Below, piece by piece: positions 11,982-23,356 of a stretch of DNA of 64,000 bases. Location of the stretch: positions 620,001 through 684,000 of the forward strand of contig NW_027191410.1 of the NCBI RefSeq assembly GCF_041146345.1, written 5' to 3'. Position 1 is the first letter of the stretch. Each line of letters starts with the position of its first letter. Position numbers and translations under genes: made by a program. The notes beneath the pieces were generated by a model that was given only the letters and a program-made list of their open reading frames with translations, searched no databases and was not told where the DNA came from. This DNA is from Neodothiora populina (taxonomy: Eukaryota).

Positions 11982-14074
11982 TCATTTGTGGGCTGCAGAC
12001 GGACGGATATTAGCAATCTGATGTGAAAGCATTATTTGTGGTCAATATCAGAAACTTACGGATCCCCTCGACGGGAATGGGCGTCACATCGACCACCTCG
12101 GCGGCCTTGGGCTTGTTGCTGTCCTGCTTGTCGTCCTTCATGAAGGGGAAAGTGAGAACCTCCTTGATGGAGTAGTGGTCGGCGAGGAACATGACCATGC
12201 GGTCGATACCCATGCCCCAGCCACCGGTGGGAGGCAGACCGAACTCGAGGGCCTGGCAGAAAGTCTCGTCGATCATCTGGGCCTCGTCGTCGCCTTGCTC
12301 CTTCTGGTTGGCCTGCTCCTCGAATCGCAGACGCTGGTCGAAGGGGTCGTTCAACTCGGTGTAGGCGTTGACAATCTCCTTCTTGCAGACAAAGGCCTCG
12401 AAACGCTCGCAGAGACCGGGGTTGCTGCGGTGGTACTTGGCGAGAGGGGACATCATCTGAGGGTGACCGGTGATCATGGTAGGGTTGATGCACTTCTCCT
12501 CGATGAACTCGCCGACGAGCTTGTCGAGCATGCGGGCGTTGGTCAGAGGAGGCGAGCACTGCACGTTGGTCTTCTTGAGCATGCGCTTGAGGAACTCGTT
12601 TGCCTCGGAGGTGTGGAGGGTGTCGCCAGGAGGGAACTTCTCGCCACAGGCCTCCTCGAGGGCGGGGATCATCTCGATGCGCTTCCATGGCTTGGCCCAG
12701 TTGACCTGGTAGACCTCGCCGTGCTGGGTGTGGAACTCGGTCGTGTAGCCGCCGGTGACCTCCTTGACCAGACCAGAAACGAGCTCCTCGGTCAGGTCCA
12801 TGATGTCGTAGACGTCGGCGAAAGCCTGGTAGAACTCGCAAGTGGTGAACTCGGGGTTGTGGGTCAGGTCAATGCCCTCGTTTCTGAACTGTCTGCCAAT
12901 CTCGTAGACTCGCTCGAGACCTCCGACGACAAGCTGCTTGAGGTAGAGCTCGGGGGCGATACGCATGAAGAGCTCCATGTCGAGGTCGTTGTGGTGAGTC
13001 TTGAAGGGCTTGGCGGTGGCACCACCGGCAATGGCGTTCATCATGGGGGTCTCGACCTCGATGAAGTCACGGCTGTCGAAGAAGCGGCGGACGTAGCTGA
13101 CCATCTTGGAGCGGGTGATGAAGGTCTTGCGGGTGTTGTCGTTCATGATCAGATCGAGATATCTCTTTCTGTGTCTCTGCTCCTGGTCCTTGAATCCGTA
13201 GTACTCGTCGGGCAGCTGGTGCAGACAGGGGGTCAGGAGAGTGACCTCCTGGGCGAAGATGCTCAATTCGCCGTCGTCTCTGTTCTTGGGGGCGGTGCGG
13301 CCAGGGTAACCCTTGATGCCGATAATGTCACCTCTGCGCAGAGGCTCGTGTTGCTCGGCGAAGGACCTCGAGCTGGTCGACTCTTGGGACTGGCACATGA
13401 TCTGCACTCTGGTGCCCTCGGCGCGCACATCGTAGAAGCAGAGGTTGGCGCCGGAAGAACGCTTGTTGTAGATGCGGCCGCCGATGGTGATGATCTTGTC
13501 CTTCTTGTGCTCGCCCTTCTGGAGGCTGCCGAAGTCGTTGACGAAGTTGCGCAAGTCGTAGGCGACGTGGAACTTGTGGGGGTAGGGGTTGGGGTCGTGG
13601 CTCTGGCGCAGCTTCTGGATCGCTCTGCTGCGGATCTCGAAGTATTGCTGTGAGGGAAGGTGTCAGTTGCGCTTTTCTCTCGCTGTGGCTGCACTGCCGT
13701 GATTCGATGGTGAATAAAAACATACGTTGGGGTTCAGGTGAGCCTCCTCCTCTTCTGCACTGACGGCCTTCTTCTTGGGAGGTTGGGTGGTAGTGGCTGC
13801 CTTTTCGGCCTTCTTGGCTTCCTTTTCGCGGGTCTTCTGTCTCTTCTTGACTGCAATTGGCCAAGTCAGACTCCTGATCTCTGGGGATTTATGACGGAAG
13901 CAACAACATACGCTCGCTCTTGGAGACCTGCTCGCCGGTGACATCGTCGAGGTAGGTCTTCTGCTCACCAGCGGCGGCGCTGTTGTCCTGGGTGGTGAGC
14001 TCGCCGACCTTTTCGGTGACATTGGAGACGGCGTCCTTGACCGCGTTTGCGGCAGCTTGTGCTTGTTCCGCCAT
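11982..14074 (-). CDS. KRS1: Cytosolic lysyl-tRNA synthetase (class II), 4 exons
   Basis: [60 protein letters not shown]-terminal exons at 14074 (MAEQAQ...) and ~13852; last intron ~11993-12059 gives terminal PHK*. Confidence 0.97.
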
Positions 14075-14761
14075 GGTTGGTTGTGTGGGAGATAGTAGTT
14101 GTGGTATAGCAGGAAAGACCCTCTTTAGATCAACATTTTTCGCTCGAAGCGTCAGTCATACCCAATTCACCCACCCACATGCAGCAGGAGCCACCCACCA
14201 GATGCAAATTTCTTGGCATTGCTCTGCTCTGCTCTTGCTTCTTTGCTTCTTTACTTCTTTTGACCCCTCGCGGGGTTCGTTTCTTACAGCTGCGCAGCTA
14301 ACTCGGGCGCTGGAACAACCTTTGTCCGCATCATCGTCCGGCAAAAGAATACACCGAAATGGTCCTGTGTCAACTCCACCTTTTCAGACACCAGTAATGA
14401 TATAACACAGCACGTCACTGGTCTAGACTTCCTGGTGTGAACAAGGAGCAGCCACAGGCGTGATACAATACTGTACGATACTATATAGGAGCTGTTCCAG
14501 ACGACCAGACTTGTGACGTTGAATCGTCAAATCTCCAATGCATTAGCTCAGTATAAAAGATAAGAAGATCCTGTAGCTATTGTGTAGGTACAACTAGTAT
14601 TATTACTATCATGACTTGTTCTCTTTCTGGCCTTTGTTTATTCTGCACGAGATCAGCTACTTCTCTCGATTCCTCTGTCTTTTCTTCTACTAGCACCTGA
14701 GCCGAAGGATACAGGTCATCTTGCTGTGCCAGCGTCAACTTCATTCCAAGCATACCTAGCC

Positions 14762-15772
14762 ATGCTCTCCCTCTCAACCGTCATCCAACTCATAGGCGCC
14801 TCCTCCATCCTCATCTCAGCCTACCGCCTGTGCGCCTTCGCAAAGATCTACCTGATCCCCTCGACCCTCTCGCGCTACCACCACGGTAAGCCCGGCTCGA
14901 CATGGGCGCTGGTAACAGGAGCGACCGACGGAATCGGCCACGGCTTCGCATCGCACCTCTGCGCCTCGGGCTTCAATGTGCTCTTACACGGGCGCAACCC
15001 CTCCAAACTGCTTGCAGTCCAACAGAGCCTCGAGACCCTCTACCCGGCAGTGCAGATCAAGACGGTCGCAGCCGACGCGTTCGTGTACGCCAATGAATCC
15101 GACCTCAAGCGCATCGTGGACGCTGTGAAGTCGTTACCTGGTACACTGACCGTACTGATAAACAACGTCGGCGGCGTGCCCCTGAGCCCAGCGTATGCTC
15201 CGTTCGTCGAGTCCTCGGCGTCGACGATCGACGACTTGATGAACCTCAACGCGCGCTTCCCGACGCAGCTGACTAGAGCTCTATTACCGCTTCTTATGTC
15301 AAATACCAACCGCGACACCGACGGCGGACCTTCATCATTGATCATGAATATCAACTCCGGCACTGCCGTCACCGGCAACATGCCATTCATAGCGACGTAT
15401 TCCGCCGCCAAGGCGTTCGGTTTGATCTTCACTACTTGCTTGCACGCCGAGATGAACGCTTTGGCGAGCACGTCTTCGTCGACATCTTCATCGCCTCCAG
15501 TGGAAGTTCTAGGCATCATCGTCGGCAACACGACGACAGCGCGCAACCCCAAGAACGTCGCCGGGGTCACTTGCTCCGCGGACTACTTGGCTTCTCAGGC
15601 GCTGGCGCGCGTCGGCTGCGGGCAGATTCATGCGTGGGCATGGTGGCGACATGGGGTGTTGGCGTGGGTCATGGCGAATTGCATGCCTGAGGCGCTCGTG
15701 CGGTGGATGGTGGCGAGGGAGCTCACGGAGAGGATGGGTCAGGAGAGGGAGGAGATGAAGAAAGCGACGTGA
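14762..15772 (+). CDS. Short-chain dehydrogenase/reductase, 17beta-HSD/very-long-chain 3-oxoacyl-CoA reductase-like, N-terminal membrane anchor
   Basis: WALVTGATDGIG Rossmann motif, LINNVGG, catalytic YSAAK; single exon. Confidence 0.88.
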   Translation: MLSLSTVIQLIGASSILISAYRLCAFAKIYLIPSTLSRYHHGKPGSTWALVTGATDGIGHGFASHLCASGFNVLLHGRNPSKLLAVQQSLETLYPAVQIKTVAADAFVYANESDLKRIVDAVKSLPGTLTVLINNVGGVPLSPAYAPFVESSASTIDDLMNLNARFPTQLTRALLPLLMSNTNRDTDGGPSSLIMNINSGTAVTGNMPFIATYSAAKAFGLIFTTCLHAEMNALASTSSSTSSSPPVEVLGIIVGNTTTARNPKNVAGVTCSADYLASQALARVGCGQIHAWAWWRHGVLAWVMANCMPEALVRWMVARELTERMGQEREEMKKAT

Positions 15773-15809
15773 AAAAAGAGTATATGATGTGGGAAGTGAG
15801 AAAAGAAAT

Positions 15810-18764
15810 CTACCAGATCCGTTTCGCAACCATCATGTACCGCCCCACGCCATCGAGTTTGACCTCACCCCCGCTCTTCGCCGCCTTTTCCCTCGCCTTG
15901 GCCTCTTTAGCCCGCAGGTTCCTGAGCCCCTCGTCGTCGTCCTCGTAGATCCATTTCCTCTTGTCCTCGTCCACCTCGATTGCGCCCCAGCCCCCTAACC
16001 GTCGCGTCCCAGTGTCAAAGCTCTGCCTCTCCCTCTCGCGCATACCCTCGTATCTGCCGCGTGCGAAACTCAACAAGCACATGCCCAGCACGAGCTTGAA
16101 AGCCAGCAGCAAGAAATACACAACAAGAAAGAAAACAAGCATCGTCGTGAGAGCTATGACGTCGTCTAGCGACCACCAGGAGAACGCCGTCGCGCTGCCG
16201 TTTGCTTCGAGTCCGGCGCCAAAGGACGAGCGGCCCAGCGCGCGCCGGAAGATGAGGTCGATATGTGCTAGCGCGGCGGTCGTGGCGGGGGAGGTCTCTG
16301 AAGACGCGGATTCGACTGCTAGAGCTGTCGCGGTGGACGCGATGGGCAGAGGCATGTGTGTGGCGACGAACATGTGGTATGTCTGCACGGAGGCGCGAAT
16401 GAACAAGCATGCGAGCGGCAAGACGGGGAGACCGAGGCGCTTCATGAGGTTTTGATCGACAAAGGCGTTCGAGTAGTAGTCCTTGGCCAGGACGTCGAGG
16501 AAGCGGCCGTAGATTTGTGGTTTCACCCCGTTGAACTTGTTGATGTAGGCGTGTTTGAGCCAGTCGACTAGCATCTCGCTGCCGAGGACGATCAAAAAGG
16601 GTCCCATGACCTGGCCGGACCATTTGGGTATCAGAGTGAAGGCTTTTGGTAAGATACCGATGCTTTGAGCCGAGGGCCCTGTCGCGTTGACAGAAGCCGC
16701 GGGCCCGGTCTGGGAGAAAATGTTGATGCTTAATCCACCTACTTCGACGATGTTCCGCAGAGCTATAATGAGCAGCATCAGCCACAGCTGGAATCGCTCG
16801 ACCACATCTGCACACGTCATTTGGAACAGATTCTCCTTCTCGAGCTTCTTGAAGACGCTGCCTTTGATCTCGACGAACTGATTAGACATCAAGAGAGTGA
16901 GAAGAGCGTTCGAGTACGAGTTGACAGCGACATTGAGTGTGATGACTTGGTAGAAGAGGGCGGCAGCATGTATGACGTTGTATGCCAGAGCCAAGACGAA
17001 CATCCAGAATGGCCGGATGACCTTGCTCCGTCCGTTCGGTTTTCTCTCGAGCGTCTCCTTGGAGAAGAGGCATTCGAGTACGTCTTGGCCGATGGCAGCG
17101 AATAGCCGATCAAAGACCTCAAGGGTGTTGTAGATGACGTACAGCTTGATGGCCGATTGACCACGGATGTTGTGGTAAATTCTACTGGCATCAAACCTCA
17201 GCAAGATGATGCAACTGAAGATGATCAACAGCCCCTGCAGAATATCGGCTTTGTGGTTCGGGAGGAGAGCAGACGGAGTTGACCTTGTTCGCCTGTGTCG
17301 GTGGCTGGCAGAGCTTGGTCTGTTCCGCTGTGACGGACGCTGGGACGAGGAAAGGTTTGGCGGGTCGTCTATGTGCACATCAACACGCGGAGACGTGACG
17401 TCCGCAGGTGGTGCCGAAGGAGACGAAAGAGGGTCGTCGACGCTGGAAGCTGAAGGAGCAGCAGCGGAAAGAGAGGCAGATCGCTGGCGTTGCCAAAACC
17501 TGCCAAAACCTTTGTGGATGAAAGCGCTGATCACCTTGACTTCTGTGATCAGCGAGCGAATGCCCCAGCGCAACCAAACCAGAACGGCTTTACAAAAGCG
17601 TAAGGGCAGGATGGTGAACGTGTAGAGCCACGAGTCGAGACAGGCCAATGCGCCAAAGATCAACGTCTGTTCCAGCTGCGGAGGTAACAGGAGAAAATTC
17701 AGCAGGCGTTCGAATTTGAGTTTCGAAGATTCATAGGGAATATCACTAGTCAGAGAACGATGAATGTATAGTGCAGATGGTCGCTCTGACGAAAGTTCGA
17801 GCTGCAGATATGTGGGGAGAGACAGCGGAGGGAGAGGGAGAGAGGATGGGGCAGGCGCAGCAGCAGAGGCAGCCGGGTCCACAGGCTGAGAAGGTCTCGA
17901 AGAAGGGTTAGTGGCTTGATCTAAGTGGTCTCCAATTTTCAGTGAAGTCAACGCGGGCCTCCTTGACTTTGTCTGGTCCTTGGTGTCGATAGAGTTGCGC
18001 GGGATGACAGAAGAATGTTTTCGCCTGATAAGCGGTGAGGAGTTGGAGCGAGCGGCAGTGGCAGGTCGTGGAGATTCGTTCTCAGCATGAAAGGCACGAA
18101 GATTCGTATAAGACAGCTTCGCAGGGATTCTCCTATTTTCGTCGCCGACTGATGGAATGGCTGCAGAAGGAGGAGTGGTGATGCCCAGAGCCGGCATGGT
18201 GGGTGCATGTTCAAGGGGCAACGTCGAGGGACGCAAAAGAGGTGAAGAACCAGTAGAGTCGAGGGGAGGAATTTCTTCGACTATAGGAGAAGTTGCCCGC
18301 CATGGAATAGAGCCAGGCGAAGATGTCAATTCGACAATCTGGGCAGGTGATAGTTTCAGAGTCCTCTGGTCTAGACTGTCGCTTCTTTTAGGCTCGGCAT
18401 CCTTGCCATCTCCATTCTGTGCCTTTCCTTCTTCTTTACCGTGTATCTCCAGATCTGCTTCCTTCACCTTCATGGCCGGTGAGGGTGGATCAACAGTTTT
18501 GGCGTATCCATTGCCCGACTTTTGCTTGACGTCGGGCTCTTCATTTTCACGGAGATTCAGTGGAGTCACGGGTCGAACACTCTCATGGCCGTTTGACAAA
18601 TGATTCTCTGCGTCGGGTTGGTCCTGCAGCAGGCCGTCGTGGTGCTCATCGATTGGCGAAAGGGAAGGGGTAGGAAGGTGAGACAGTGTGTCGGCATTAT
18701 TGGTCGAGGGTTTGGTAGGCAGACCAGCACCAACATTCAAGACTCCATCCGCAGCATCCTCCAT
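15810..18764 (-). CDS. EMP65: ER membrane protein of the Emp65/TAPT1 (DUF747) family
   Basis: 984-aa single ORF; CLDSWLYTFTILPLR, RIYHNIRGQSAIKLYVIYN, TLNVAVNSYSNALLTLLMSNQFVEIKGSVFKK, EMLVDWLKHAYI. Confidence 0.92.
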   Translation of the reverse strand: MEDAADGVLNVGAGLPTKPSTNNADTLSHLPTPSLSPIDEHHDGLLQDQPDAENHLSNGHESVRPVTPLNLRENEEPDVKQKSGNGYAKTVDPPSPAMKVKEADLEIHGKEEGKAQNGDGKDAEPKRSDSLDQRTLKLSPAQIVELTSSPGSIPWRATSPIVEEIPPLDSTGSSPLLRPSTLPLEHAPTMPALGITTPPSAAIPSVGDENRRIPAKLSYTNLRAFHAENESPRPATAARSNSSPLIRRKHSSVIPRNSIDTKDQTKSRRPALTSLKIGDHLDQATNPSSRPSQPVDPAASAAAPAPSSLPLPPLSLPTYLQLELSSERPSALYIHRSLTSDIPYESSKLKFERLLNFLLLPPQLEQTLIFGALACLDSWLYTFTILPLRFCKAVLVWLRWGIRSLITEVKVISAFIHKGFGRFWQRQRSASLSAAAPSASSVDDPLSSPSAPPADVTSPRVDVHIDDPPNLSSSQRPSQRNRPSSASHRHRRTRSTPSALLPNHKADILQGLLIIFSCIILLRFDASRIYHNIRGQSAIKLYVIYNTLEVFDRLFAAIGQDVLECLFSKETLERKPNGRSKVIRPFWMFVLALAYNVIHAAALFYQVITLNVAVNSYSNALLTLLMSNQFVEIKGSVFKKLEKENLFQMTCADVVERFQLWLMLLIIALRNIVEVGGLSINIFSQTGPAASVNATGPSAQSIGILPKAFTLIPKWSGQVMGPFLIVLGSEMLVDWLKHAYINKFNGVKPQIYGRFLDVLAKDYYSNAFVDQNLMKRLGLPVLPLACLFIRASVQTYHMFVATHMPLPIASTATALAVESASSETSPATTAALAHIDLIFRRALGRSSFGAGLEANGSATAFSWWSLDDVIALTTMLVFFLVVYFLLLAFKLVLGMCLLSFARGRYEGMRERERQSFDTGTRRLGGWGAIEVDEDKRKWIYEDDDEGLRNLRAKEAKAREKAAKSGGEVKLDGVGRYMMVAKRIW

Positions 18765-19526
18765 AGTTCACAGAGCACTTCCTTTGTGCAGATATCAGCA
18801 TTGCGAGGCAAGCATACTATGATCCATTTACGGTCCTGTGGTATACGAGATACGACGATGTTGTTCGTGTCGGTCAACACCTTACCTTGCCATACTGTAG
18901 AGAGACCCTGATGTGAAGACTTATCACCGGCTAATCTCCGTTGGGGTAAATCTACTATACAATATTCAAGCAAGGTTCTGATGGATATGACTTCTATTGC
19001 CGGCACGAAATCTCAATACATGCTTTGTGAAAGTCTTGGGATCGGAGAAGCAACCTATTGCGCCACATCCAACCCAAACCTCGAAAGCTGACAACGGAGG
19101 GAGCAAGAGTGATCCATCCAATCAACTGGAGAGGCCAGCTTCGCGGGTCAATTACCTGTATATAACAAACGTAGCATGCCAATCAGTCATACTGAGAGTA
19201 TAAGTTCTATTAGTATTCACACAAGCAATTGATTCATCTGTCCAATGAAAGACTGGCCCGTTCCTGGCGACGAAGTACCGATCAACCCCTCATCCGAGAT
19301 GGCAGCTATTGCGTGCTTCCACGAAGCTATTGCACATGCTGATAACTATGCCGCACCCAAGAATCCACACAATTGCTGAGAGCTTTCATTTGCGTTGTGC
19401 TCAACATGGTAGCCATAGTTGATCCATTGATAAGCGCCACAATACCCTGACCAGCTTTAAGCTATCCTTCAATCAACTTTTGCATAAAAGAGGCTCTTGA
19501 CGACTTTGTATATATCACACATCAAC

Positions 19527-21223
19527 ATGGGTCTGTCAGCCCTGGACAACATATCCCCGGATTCCGGGTTCCCTACTACCCTCCATCCCGTAAGCGACAG
19601 CTACCTGTAGTATGATTCTACAAGCTCATAACTCTTCAGCTCTTCAACCCAAAGATCAAGGATTGGACACCTACAGACCCTCTTCGTACCGAGATCGAAC
19701 CACCCAGGGACAGAGCCTTGTTCGCAGACCCTGAGAAGAAGGCCCTATTCTCAGTATCTAAGCCCGTTGACCTCACTGAGTCAATCGGCACCGTACTTGA
19801 AGGCATACAATTGTCTGAGCTCGATGACAAACAGCTCGATGAGTTGGCATTGCTGGTCACGGAACGCGGAGTCGTGTTCTTCAGCGACCAAGACTTGAAC
19901 ACCGACCAGCAGGTCAAATTGTTCGAGCATTACGGTATGTGTCCGACCAATATGGTAGTGCCTGTCGAAGCAGTGACTGACTTTTGGAATCTCCAGGCAT
20001 ACTTGACAGACACCCAGCGCAGAAGGTAAGTAATATTTCAAACGATTCTCCTTAGATCACTACTAATCTGAGCAGGATCAAAAGGTGCGTCTCGAGTCTT
20101 CCAGACTTTTTGGCAATGCAGCAACTGACAACAGCTTAGCATGTGACAATTAAAGGAAACAGCTCAGACGCCCGAGCAGTTCTCGGGTATACACCATGGG
20201 TGAGGATCCAAGAGTCGACCTTGCAGTGAAACTCCGCTAAGAAAGTCACAGCCTTCTGCTGGTTGGCATGCTGATACGTCGTTTGAGATAAATCGTATGT
20301 TCAGCGAAGAGATCTCACATGAGATGTTACTGACCTGCTTGCCATAGCCCCTGCTTACTCCATGTTGCGGATGGAAGAGCATCCAGACGTTGGTGGAGAC
20401 ACTGCTTGGGTAAAACTTGCAAATTCATGTGTCGTAACCTGCTAAATGTGTGTAGATTTCTCAGTATGGTCTTTACGACGAGCTCAGTACAGCCTACAAG
20501 CGTCTGTTTGAAGGACTACACGCGATACATACCTCGCGCCTGCAGTGTATGCTTTCTCATGCCGCTCCAGTGTAGATGAAGTGCTCACAACCATGCAGAT
20601 GAGACGATCCTCGACATGTGGGGTGTAGGCCCTAACCGTCCTCCAATCGACACTCATCATCCTGCTGTGCGGACACACCCAGGTAAGTCGCCCAGAAGTG
20701 CGAGCCACCGTCATACGCTGAACCTTTTTAAAGTCACGGGCTTGAAAGCATGGAACGTGAACGAAGGCTTCGTGACTGGATTTGCAGAACTCAAAAAGGT
20801 CGAATCGGGTAAGTCCATAGCTTCATGTTTCAAGTCCACGTCGCAGAATCCAGCACAAGACTGACTTGGGAGTAGACAAACTCCTCGACTTTGCTCTGTA
20901 TCACATGCACTCTGCCGACGACCACTACGTGCGCTGGAAATGGGCGGTGGGCTCAGTCGCCATGTGGGACAACAGATGCTCTGTGCATCGAGTGATCCCT
21001 GGCAAATACGAGTCTGGCACGAGACGTGGTGTGAGGACCACTGTCTTTGGCGAAAAGCGTGAGTGGAACCACCATTGTGCTCAGCCATTACGAGTGTTGT
21101 ACTGACAGCTTGATAGCTTTCTTGGACCTCATCAGTGAAGGTCGGGAGGAGCGAGCATTGAGGACTGCGGTCAAGGAAGGCACTACAGCTGCGGAGAAGA
21201 TAGATGCGACCAGGAACGCGTGA
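19527..21223 (+). CDS. TauD/TfdA-family 2-oxoglutarate/Fe(II) dioxygenase (sulfonate dioxygenase-like), ~12 exons
   Basis: DLTESIGTVLEGIQL, LALLVTERGVVFFSDQDL, HxD motif WHADTSFE, VGGDTAW, HPAVRTHPVTG, AMWDNRCSVH; eleven GT-AG introns can be placed that keep the frame to TGA 21221-21223. Confidence 0.87.
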
Positions 21224-21680
21224 TTTTCTATACTAGGTCATGGATAAGACGCCAGGTTATCTCCAGTCCAGAAGGGCCTGTATCAGAGACAACAAACAGC
21301 ATTTGGTCCAAGGTTACCTTTGTTCATGACTCTTGTGTTCCTCGTGAAGTTCAATGTGATGTTCAAGCGCGTGGAAGGGCGGACGCTTCTACCGCATCCC
21401 CGACACGCGATACTCAATTAGGAAGTAATCAAGGCGCAAGCAACGTGGAGATGGATGCCTTGTGTGAGACAAGATTGGCTGACGTGTGACGCTCGCTGCC
21501 TCATGTGCTGTATATCATCATCCACTAATTAGTAGCAATACACATCTATAAACTTATCCCCCAAGTTCATTCTCCTCCCATTTCCGACCAAATTAGAGGA
21601 CTTCTATCTGTCAGAGACAACGCAAGTAACACAAGTCAGAGGACTGCTACTTGATCAGACAACCATATTGCCCGTCCATC

Positions 21681-22434
21681 ATGTCAGGCTACGAAGGTAT
21701 ATTTGTTCCACATCACCATAAACACCATACCTTACTTTGTACACTGACACCCTGCCCTTCACAGTGGAACACAACATCACAGCCGAGCGCGCAGACGCCT
21801 CATCCTCGACGCGCCGGCACATGCCCGACCTAGACACATTCTTCTCGCGCCTCGACCAAGTCGACACAACCGGCACCCGCGTACCACAGAACCACAACTC
21901 CGTTCCCACCCCGGGCGACGTCTCAGCCACCTTCCGACTGCTAGCAGATGCCTACGCCGTGATGCTGCGCGACGAGGGCGCCAACCCCGTGACGGCCACG
22001 GGAGGCAACGAGAACCTGCTTGTGCAGCTCGTCGAGCAGCTGAGGGATACGGCTGAGCATCCGCCGAGGGAACTGCAGGGGGTGCCTGATGAGTTCCTCG
22101 ATGAGCTCGAGAGGGTGCCGAAGAAGAGGTTGCGCGAGGCGGATAGTTGTCCGATTTGTAGTGAGCCTTTCTTGAATGGTGAGTTTTGTCTTTTTTTTTT
22201 AATATTGCAACATGTGCGGAACGGTCAAAGGCTGAGACTACGGAACTAGATCAATATCCCCTCGTCGTCCGCCTGCCGTGTCATAAAGACCATCTCTTCG
22301 ACTACGAGTGCATCCGGCCCTGGCTGAAACTCAACCCTACTTGCCCCCTCGACCGCCAGACTCTTCTCAAGAAGAAAGCCCCGCCGCCACCGCCTGATGA
22401 GGAAGACGGCGAATACGACGACATGTTCGCCTGA
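21681..22434 (+). CDS. Small RING-H2 zinc-finger protein (probable E3 ubiquitin ligase), 3 exons
   Basis: MSGYE|VEHN; CPICSEPFL..|..LVVRLPCHKDHLFDYECIRPWLKLNPTCPLDR. Confidence 0.88.
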
Positions 22435-23356
22435 GAAAAGAGTGTTTTGTAGAGTAATCTGGTTGTCATGTGAATCACTCGGGCTGGAGTCTGGCCATCT
22501 GGAACACGTTCTTCCTTGAGCGAGCATCGTACCTCGTGTCGGGAGGAAACAAGGGAAGCGACAAGGGCTCCCTGCCTGGCTGTCTCTACATCTCCTCTAT
22601 CAGACATTGCTTGAAAAGAAAAAGAGAGGGGGCCGACTCGAAAATCATGCACGCAGATCCGGCAGAACCACGTTCTCCTCAACCCTCAACCAGGGATGCA
22701 AAGAAAACATCCACAAGAGAATGCGAGAGAGGGAGATGAAAGAAGGAGCAGAACTGGTGTCGGCAGAGATGTATATACGTGCCCAGATCTGCCGCATAAA
22801 ATTCCTCGACTCTGTCGCATGACTTGGAAGTCAGGAGGACAGAAGAAGAAAATAGAGTTTCACAGAAGATGCAGGTCAGGCTCTTTGGCCCAGTGAGAAA
22901 AGGGAGGCGGTACAAGTCCTCCCCTCAGTCTAGTCGACAATTACCACAGATGGATCAAGAACAGAAGGTCTGTCCATTCAAGAAAAGAAAAAACTCGAAC
23001 GACTTTCATGTTCGTCCAGTGGTGGAGGGAAACACTATGGCCTCTTGATGTGGAAGAATTGTACTGTATATAATCAAACAAAAAGTGAAGTACCACAGAT
23101 CTTCATCAACAAAACGGACGACATGAGAAAGGATCTGAATTCCCTCGTTTATGAGCATAGAAATAAACATCATTGCAACCAATTTCACTCGTCCCTTTTT
23201 CTTCTCGTTCGTTGTGCTCTGCTCTGGTTCTGATGATATGAAAGGACAAAAAAGGGTCAAGAAGAAATAGATGTCAAGGGGGTATCCCGCGTATACTAGA
23301 CTCTCTTTGCTATGCCAAATGGAACCCAAAAGAAAGAAGAAAAGAAAAAAAGAAAT

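Noticed and set aside
12175..13653. 492-aa ORF antisense to KRS1, and similar shadow ORFs over the GMPPA-like, NUP, PCK1 and Ppc89-like genes
   Set aside because: Expected from strong C/G third-position codon bias on the real strand; no recognisable motifs.
19061..19441. Two CGCCACA matches resembling Met31/32 sulfur-regulon sites upstream of TauD
   Set aside because: Short, partial match to a yeast motif; not supportable.
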